Assembly: GCA_964560655.1 (NCBI GenBank)
Contig: CAZLLR010000001.1
Location: forward strand, 1 to 34,201
Source of the DNA: an uncultured Candidatus Saccharibacteria bacterium
GTDB lineage: Bacteria > Patescibacteriota > Minisyncoccia > GCA-002772825
Length of the DNA stretch: 34,201 nucleotides
Direction of reading: 5' to 3'
Every line of letters starts with the position of its first letter. Position 1 is the first letter of the stretch. The notes under the pieces were generated by a model. It worked only from the letters and a program-made list of their open reading frames with translations. It did not search any database and was not told the origin of the DNA. Both the position numbers and the translations under genes were made by a program. Below, in pieces: positions 28,611 to 34,201 of the stretch.

Positions 28611-28760
28611 CAGTGAGTGTAACGAACGAGGAAGAGGAACGAGCAAAACAATTTGCTCGTATAGGGATTTGAAAAGATTTTCGTTATGAATGAGCCGACA
28701 GGCGAATGAATCGAAAATCATCAAGTAGTATGTAATCGAAAAATCCCTCCTTGCCCACCA
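28594..28760 (+). mobile_element. 147-bp gene-less structured insert bounded by direct repeats of the tRNA-Tyr 3' end
   Basis: AAATCCCTCCCTGCCCAC (28594-28611) versus AAATCCCTCCTTGCCCAC (28741-28758), 17/18 identical; the second copy ends in CCA. Internal AGGGATTTGAA (28663-28673) is antisense to the T-arm. Confidence 0.75.
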
Positions 28761-28796
28761 GAATAGGTTCGGATTTGGTAAAATAGAGGCACCGTG

Positions 28797-28831
28797 AAAT
28801 AAAGATCTCCTCTTGTGGGGATTTTTATTTT
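28797..28831 (+). terminator. Terminator-like hairpin after the tRNA-Tyr insert
   Basis: AAATAAAGATCTCC-tcttgt-GGGGATTTTTATTT stem with G:U pairs valid on the + strand and a T-rich tail. Confidence 0.65.
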
Positions 28832-28959
28832 GCTCTGCCTCCACACTAGTCATTATCTCAAAAATGGTTATAATAAAAAAAGCCCCACAGCCTTTAATGT
28901 CCCTATCGGCCAGTGGCTAATTTCATATATTGTCAGGTAAATAATAATAAAATCATTTT

Positions 28960-29118
28960 ATGGCGCAACCGCAATTAATCAAGCTACAGTGTACTGAGTG
29001 CAAGAGAATCAACTACTGGAGCAGAAAGAATAAGAAGCTCGTCGAAAGAAAGATTGAACTTAATAAGTTTTGTAAATGGTGCAGAGGACACAAGAAGCAT
29101 AAAGAGGCCAAGAAATAA
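28960..29118 (+). CDS. rpmG: 50S ribosomal protein L33 (Zn-binding form), 52 aa, not in the ORF track
   Basis: MAQPQLIKLQCTECKRINYWSRKNKKLVERKIELNKFCKWCRGHKKHKEAKK; directly upstream of tRNA-Trp, as is usual. Confidence 0.96.
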   Translation: MAQPQLIKLQCTECKRINYWSRKNKKLVERKIELNKFCKWCRGHKKHKEAKK

Positions 29119-29152
29119 TCACTTTAAAACCTCCCTGCTGGAGGTTTGTGAT

Positions 29153-29224
29153 GGGGGTATAAGCTCAATGGCAAACTGCAGGTCTCCAAAACCTGACTTC
29201 TAGGTTCGAATCCTAGTACCCCCG
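29153..29224 (+). tRNA. tRNA-Trp(CCA)
   Basis: Acceptor GGGGGTA/TACCCCC, anticodon arm CAGGT-CTCCAAA-ACCTG, T-arm CTAGG-TTCGAAT-CCTAG; weak D-stem. Confidence 0.95.
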
Positions 29225-29302
29225 CAGAAAAAATATATAAAATGGTCGATTTTTTACATTTTTTATAAATATAGTTAATAATTAATTAAAATATATAATA
29301 TT

Positions 29303-30190
29303 ATGAACATTATGAAATCACTTTCTGTCTCAACCTTATTTATAGGTATTATGATACTCTCTAGTGGCTCTGTCTTTGCTGCCTCTCCTGTCGTGACATT
29401 GCCTAGCGCTGGTCTTACACCAGATAGTGCATTTTATTTTCTTGACCGATTAGGTGAGAATATAAGAGAATTTTTTACTTTTAGTCCTGAGGCAAAAGCA
29501 AATCTTCAAATTAAATTTGCTGGAGAACGTATATCAGAGATTAAAGTGATGGTTGAGAAAAGCGGACCAAAGACGAAAGGTATAGAGCGAGCTAAATCAC
29601 TTTTGATAGCAAATGTGGCTCAGGCTGCAAATATAGTGAGCCAAGAAAAAGCATCTGGAAAAGACGTCTCTATCCTTGCAAAAAGTATTGACGACCAATT
29701 TGACGCTCGCGAGAAATTACTCACTCAAACATTTTTAGATGCGAGAGCAAAATTAATAGCAGAGAGGCAAGAAATTAAAATTAATTTAATTAAAGAAGCG
29801 CAAGCTTCTGGTGATACTGCCAGAGTTGCTGAGCTTACAAAACAGATTAATGATATGACAATTCAGTCAAATGATTTGAAAAACAAAAAAGATGAGATTA
29901 AAACAGCCTTTCGCTCTGAGAAGAAGAAGATAGAGAGAGAAATGGATAAGAAAGATCAGCAAAATGATAAGAAAGATCAAGAGCAAGAAGACCAGATAGA
30001 ACAAAAAGAAGAAGCTGAGCAGGATGAAACTGAAATAGAAGACGAAAATAAAAATGAAAGTGAGCAAGGTAAAAACGAGGCAAAAAAGGAAGATGGACAA
30101 GATAAGGCAGAATCAGATAGCTCTAAAGATTCAGATAAAGGGGATAACGAAGCTACAAAGGCGCAAGAAAACGGCAATCAAGAAAGATAG
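29303..30190 (+). CDS. Secreted DUF5667-like helical protein with acidic low-complexity tail
   Basis: Signal peptide ending VFA, AGLTPDSAFYFLDRLGENI...AGERISE motif, coiled coil, D/E/K/Q-rich C-terminus. Confidence 0.75.
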   Translation: MNIMKSLSVSTLFIGIMILSSGSVFAASPVVTLPSAGLTPDSAFYFLDRLGENIREFFTFSPEAKANLQIKFAGERISEIKVMVEKSGPKTKGIERAKSLLIANVAQAANIVSQEKASGKDVSILAKSIDDQFDAREKLLTQTFLDARAKLIAERQEIKINLIKEAQASGDTARVAELTKQINDMTIQSNDLKNKKDEIKTAFRSEKKKIEREMDKKDQQNDKKDQEQEDQIEQKEEAEQDETEIEDENKNESEQGKNEAKKEDGQDKAESDSSKDSDKGDNEATKAQENGNQER

Positions 30191-30247
30191 TAATTAGGTT
30201 ATTTAAGTGTTCGTTTACTTAATTCTCCGTATTTACATATCTATAAT

Positions 30248-30300
30248 ACAAAAAACTCAACGGCTACCGAGATTATCTCGGTAGCCGTTGAGTTTTTTGT
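30248..30300. repeat. 53-bp near-perfect palindrome, probable bidirectional terminator
   Basis: 26-bp perfect arms ACAAAAAACTCAACGGCTACCGAGAT/ATCTCGGTAGCCGTTGAGTTTTTTGT with a 1-nt spacer. Confidence 0.85.
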
Positions 30301-30382
30301 TAGTTTATTATGGACTAAAAAAATAATTTATTATATTATTTAATTATAGATATTCTCTACCAGGAAATTATAATCAAATTTT

Positions 30383-32329
30383 ATGAATACTCTAAAAAAT
30401 AATAACCATAATCATCAAGCTATAAGGAAACCAATCTATATCGGTATCAACATAGAAAATGATGGCTTGTATATAGCCATAAAAGATAAAAATAAAGTAT
30501 CTGTCAAACATATTAAGACAGAGAGAAAAGAGCTCGATAAAAAGATCTCCGCTTGGTTGTATACTTATCAGTTACTCCACGATGTAAAGATTATCGGTGC
30601 CGGGATTGTCGGACATGAAGAAAGAGAGAGGAAACTTATGACTAATATCTGGCTTAAAGAGGATATTGTCCCCGTCATATTTTATCTTAAAGAAGGAGAC
30701 GCTAGAGAGCGAGCAAGGAAGGCTGTTGTTAAATTGTCTCAAGAATTTAAAGAAAATAACCTAATAGATGTTCGCTTTAACTCTAAGAGAAAGATCCTCG
30801 TTAAAGGATTAGCTGGCTTAGAAGATTTTAAAAAAACTGTCTCTAAGGAAGAATTTAACTTACTTCAGGAATTAACTGAAAAGTTTAAAGAACAAAAAGG
30901 TAAATTGGTATTTTTTAGTTCAACATCCCAAGGTGGAGGAGTAGCTCTGATGAGGCACGCTTTGATACGTTTCTATGAGTTGCTAGGCATAGATGTAAGC
31001 TGGCATGTTATGTCCCCTGATGAACAGATATTTAACATTACGAAGAAGAAATTTCATAATACTTTACAAAATAGCACCTCTGAAGATAAGTTAAGCACAG
31101 AAGATAAAAAAATATTTAATACATGGAGCGAGAAGAACGCTAAGAGTTTTGCTGGTATTTTCAAAAAAGCAAAAGTGATAGTTATTGACGACCCTCAACC
31201 TTCAGGCTTAATCCCTTATATAAAAAAAGAAAACCCCAAAGTAAAGATTATTTACAGGTCTCATATTCAGATTGAATCTGCTTTAGCTAAGAGAGATGGT
31301 ACTCCTCAGAAAAAGGTGTGGGATTTTATCTGGAAAAATATTAAAGATGTAGACTTATTTATAAGTCACCCTATAAAAAGATTCATCCCTCCTAATGTCC
31401 CTAAGAAAAAGACAGTATTTATGGGAGCGGCTACAGATTACTTGGATGGATTAAATAAAAAATTAACAAAACAGCACATGGAATATTATTTTAGCCTGTT
31501 TAATAATATTCTTTATGAGACGGACCAAAGTCCGTTAAACTTGAGGAGGCCTTATATTATACAAGTTGCTCGTTTTGACCCCTCTAAAGGTATCCCTGAT
31601 GTACTAGAGTCATATAAAAAGCTTAGAGAAAAAATGGAGAAAGATGAAAAAGAAAGCCATAAAGTCCCACAATTAGTTATTGTTGGACATGGTGCGATTG
31701 ATGACCCAGAAGGGATGCCAATTTACCAAGAAACAATAGACTCACTTGAGACGGATGATTATAAAAAATATGCTGACGATATTAAAGTTGCTAGACTCCC
31801 CGACAGTGACCAAATCTTAAATGCTTTACTGAGGGGAAGCTTTGTCGCCCTTCAGCTTTCTCATAAAGAGGGTTTTGAGGTTAAAGTCTCAGAGGCTATT
31901 AGTAAAGGGAAGCCGGTAATTGCCTATAAAACAGGAGGTATTCCACTTCAGATAGAAGATAAAATTACTGGTTATTTAGTTAATGATGGCGATACAAGTA
32001 AAGTTGCAGAGATAGTATATAAATTATTGAATGATAAAGAAAAATATTTCACTATGAGAAAAAATGCTAAACAAAAAGTTGAGCATGATTTCTTTACCGT
32101 TAATAACGCTATTAAATGGTTATTTTTAGCTACTGAGCTAATGGAAAAAGGAGAAATTGATGGTAATTGCCAGCGAGTAAAAGAGATTATTAAAAAGCAA
32201 AAGTCTATAAGCCTTCATAGGAATATGTTTATGTGGATTTCCGGTGCTTTAACTGGGACATTAAACTTAACCTTAATCACTTCAAAAAATCTTATTAAAT
32301 TACCTAATAAACTATTAGATAAAGAATAA
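30383..32329 (+). CDS. GT4 glycosyltransferase of the trehalose synthase (TreT)/fungal trehalose phosphorylase type
   Basis: STSQGGGVALMRHALIRF, ITKKKFHNTLQ, IDDPQ, YRSHIQI, QVARFDPSKG, LQLSHKEGFEVKVSEA, GGIPLQI. Confidence 0.85.
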   Translation: MNTLKNNNHNHQAIRKPIYIGINIENDGLYIAIKDKNKVSVKHIKTERKELDKKISAWLYTYQLLHDVKIIGAGIVGHEERERKLMTNIWLKEDIVPVIFYLKEGDARERARKAVVKLSQEFKENNLIDVRFNSKRKILVKGLAGLEDFKKTVSKEEFNLLQELTEKFKEQKGKLVFFSSTSQGGGVALMRHALIRFYELLGIDVSWHVMSPDEQIFNITKKKFHNTLQNSTSEDKLSTEDKKIFNTWSEKNAKSFAGIFKKAKVIVIDDPQPSGLIPYIKKENPKVKIIYRSHIQIESALAKRDGTPQKKVWDFIWKNIKDVDLFISHPIKRFIPPNVPKKKTVFMGAATDYLDGLNKKLTKQHMEYYFSLFNNILYETDQSPLNLRRPYIIQVARFDPSKGIPDVLESYKKLREKMEKDEKESHKVPQLVIVGHGAIDDPEGMPIYQETIDSLETDDYKKYADDIKVARLPDSDQILNALLRGSFVALQLSHKEGFEVKVSEAISKGKPVIAYKTGGIPLQIEDKITGYLVNDGDTSKVAEIVYKLLNDKEKYFTMRKNAKQKVEHDFFTVNNAIKWLFLATELMEKGEIDGNCQRVKEIIKKQKSISLHRNMFMWISGALTGTLNLTLITSKNLIKLPNKLLDKE

Positions 32330-32438
32330 TTTTTCCAATTTTATCCAGACCTGCTCAAAAGCGGGTTATTTCGCTATTTAATTATCGTATTTTAGAGTCT
32401 CTAAGCAGTAGAGTTTATCCCCAGTTTTGTTTTGTCTA

Positions 32439-32483
32439 GTGGGGGATTGTGGTGTATAGTGTATATAGGTGGATAATTGTGGG
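32439..32483 (+). promoter_or_regulatory. MraZ-binding repeat array
   Basis: GTGGG, GTGGT, GTGTA, GTGGA, GTGGG starting at 32439, 32449, 32459, 32469 and 32479 (exact 10-bp period) upstream of mraZ. Confidence 0.85.
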
Positions 32484-32496
32484 AAATATAAATAAA

Positions 32497-32931
32497 ATGT
32501 TAATCGGCGAATATACACATACAATTGACCTAAAGAAAAGAATTTCTATCCCATCTAAATTCCGTAAGGAACTAGGCAAAAAGGCAGTTGTGACGCGTGG
32601 ACTTGATAATTGTCTTGTTGTCTATACTTTGTCCGAATGGGAGAAAGAAGCAAAGAAACTTTCTGACCTGCCTTCAGGGAATTCTCAAGCAAGGGACTTC
32701 GCAAGGATAATGCTTTCAGGGGCAGTCGATGTGGTTCTTGATTCTTTAGGAAGAATATTGGTCCCAGACTACTTGAAAGATTACGCTAACCTAAAGAGTA
32801 AAGTAGTAGTCACTGGAGTTTATAATCGCTTAGAAATCTGGAATGAGAAACGTTGGAATGAATACAAAGGAAAGATTGAGAAACAGACAGATGTATTGGC
32901 AGAGAATCTCGGTGAACTCGGAATCTTGTAG
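32497..32931 (+). CDS. mraZ: Division/cell wall cluster transcriptional repressor MraZ
   Basis: MLIGEYTHTIDLKKRISIPSKFR, DSLGRILVP, RLEIW. ATG at 32497. Confidence 0.96.
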   Translation: MLIGEYTHTIDLKKRISIPSKFRKELGKKAVVTRGLDNCLVVYTLSEWEKEAKKLSDLPSGNSQARDFARIMLSGAVDVVLDSLGRILVPDYLKDYANLKSKVVVTGVYNRLEIWNEKRWNEYKGKIEKQTDVLAENLGELGIL

Positions 32932-32988
32932 AAAACATAAGATATAAAGTGAAAAAACAGACAGCAGGTAGAAATTAAAAATGAATTA

Positions 32989-33897
32989 ATGATTAATAAA
33001 TTAGCGAACATAACCCACACACCAGTCCTTTTAAATGAAGTAATAGAAAGCCTAGGTACTAAGAAAGGAGAAGTGGTGATAGATGCGACTGTCGGCGCTG
33101 GGGGACACTCAAAAGCAATCTGCGAAATAATAGGTAAAGAAGGAACTTTACTTGGGTTAGACCAAGACAAGATGGCGCTTAAGATTGCAGAAGAGAATTT
33201 AGAAGAGGTAGGCTGTAAGGTCACTTTGGTAAATGGAAACTTTGGAGATATCGAAAGTTTAGCTAAAGAGAAAGGCTTAGAGAAGGTAGATAAGATACTT
33301 TTTGACCTAGGGGTCAATTCAATGCAATTTGGGCCAACAGGTAGAGGGTTTTCCTTCTTACATGATGAACCGCTCCTCATGACTTTAAAAAGCGACTTAG
33401 GGGAAGACGATTTAACTGCTTACACTATCGTAAATAGTTATAGGGAAGAAGAGCTTGCAGACATTATATACAAATACGGAGAAGACAGGGCTTCAAGGCG
33501 TATTGCCAAAGAAATATGCAAAGCAAGGAAGGTCAAATACATAGGGACGAGTGGCGAACTTGCTGAAGTTGTGAAGAAAGCATTTCCTGCAAAACACTTT
33601 AAGATTCACCCGGCCACGAGGACTTTCCAGGCTTTAAGAATAGCGGTAAACGACGAACTATGCATGCTCGAAAGTGGACTGAAGGGAGGTTGGGAGATAT
33701 TAAACAAAGGAGGAAGGATGTCCGTTATCTCTTTTCATTCTCTGGAAGATAGGATAGTGAAGAATTTTTTCAGAAATTTAGCAAAAGAGAAAAAAGGATT
33801 ACTTATAAACAAGAAACCGATAATAGCAAAAAGGGATGAAGTCAATCTAAACCCAAGATCAAGAAGCGCTAAGTTGAGGACTATAGAGAAGATATAA
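32989..33897 (+). CDS. rsmH: 16S rRNA (cytosine1402-N4)-methyltransferase RsmH
   Basis: HTPVLLNE, DATVGAGGHS, DLGVNSMQ, HPATRTFQALRIAVNDEL, FHSLEDR, NPRSRSAKLR. Confidence 0.97.
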   Translation: MINKLANITHTPVLLNEVIESLGTKKGEVVIDATVGAGGHSKAICEIIGKEGTLLGLDQDKMALKIAEENLEEVGCKVTLVNGNFGDIESLAKEKGLEKVDKILFDLGVNSMQFGPTGRGFSFLHDEPLLMTLKSDLGEDDLTAYTIVNSYREEELADIIYKYGEDRASRRIAKEICKARKVKYIGTSGELAEVVKKAFPAKHFKIHPATRTFQALRIAVNDELCMLESGLKGGWEILNKGGRMSVISFHSLEDRIVKNFFRNLAKEKKGLLINKKPIIAKRDEVNLNPRSRSAKLRTIEKI

Positions 33898-33911
33898 ATT
33901 TTAAATAATAT

Positions 33912-34201
33912 ATGACAAAGCTTATAAAAAATATTTCGAAAATAAATAAATTCCATAAAGTCATATTATGGGGTATTGTTTCTTTGATTATTTTTTCAGG
34001 TGTATTTTATCTCTATCTTACCGCCAATGTAGTTATAGAGACTGCTATGATGAACAGTAATTCTCTAGAGTTAAGATCTCTTAATGAGAGTTACCAGCAA
34101 GTGGAGGAAGTATATCTTAGTGAGATATCTAAATTAACATTGGACTATGCATTGGCTTTAGGATTCCAAGAGAGGGCTAATAGACAATTTGTCACTCGTG
34201 G
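33912..34201 (+). CDS. ftsL: FtsL-like cell division protein (runs off the window end)
   Basis: MTKLIKNISKINKFHKVILWGIVSLIIFSGVFYLYLTANVV...YALALGF: basic N-terminus, one TM helix, coiled coil; canonical position after rsmH. Confidence 0.65.
   Translation, partial: MTKLIKNISKINKFHKVILWGIVSLIIFSGVFYLYLTANVVIETAMMNSNSLELRSLNESYQQVEEVYLSEISKLTLDYALALGFQERANRQFVTR

Noticed and set aside
28545-28853. 102-aa minus-strand ORF
   Set aside because: Runs antisense through tRNA-Tyr and its duplicated end; typical tRNA shadow translation.
29153-29224. Possible TGA recoding (genetic code 25 or 4)
   Set aside because: TGA terminates the recombinase and nirK at sensible positions, long genes have no internal TGA, and the tRNA-Trp anticodon is CCA.
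29867-30177. Three antisense ORFs and apparent short repeats
   Set aside because: By-products of the purine-rich low-complexity tail of the DUF5667-like gene; not a CRISPR or true tandem array.
1-34201. CRISPR array, rRNA or IS transposase
   Set aside because: No regularly spaced repeat-spacer array, rRNA-like segment or transposase motif was seen.

Overview
AT-rich bacterial chromosomal segment read in genetic code 11 (TGA is used as a stop). The gene repertoire suggests Patescibacteria/Parcubacteria (CPR); this is an inference from the degenerate PriA, short HolB-like protein, PEGA, DUF5667- and DUF5671-like proteins and scarce Shine-Dalgarno sites. The left end (about 200-3550) looks accessory: C39 peptidase, Ap4A-type Nudix hydrolase, a large serine recombinase and an orphan helical protein beside the 3' end of tRNA-Gln(TTG). 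The body is mostly housekeeping: obgE, ABC-F, zwf, hpf/raiA, murA, pcm, fmt-def, priA, mreB, holB-like, htrA, clpB, tRNA-Tyr, rpmG, tRNA-Trp, mraZ-rsmH-ftsL. The most unusual items are: (1) a 147-bp structured, gene-less insert at tRNA-Tyr that duplicates the tRNA 3' end and carries an antisense copy of the T-arm; (2) a MITE-like element with 14-bp inverted repeats sitting exactly on the pcm start codon, creating a 38-aa ORF translationally coupled to pcm; (3) a membrane-anchored copper nitrite reductase followed directly by an FAD-linked D-lactate/glycolate-type dehydrogenase; (4) a GT4 enzyme resembling fungal trehalose phosphorylase; (5) a PriA lacking Walker A; (6) a small Cys-rich ORF with perfect promoter and SD; (7) repeated -10 boxes 6-9 nt upstream of ATGs, suggesting leaderless mRNAs. 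All protein calls are by motif recognition only; no database searches were run.
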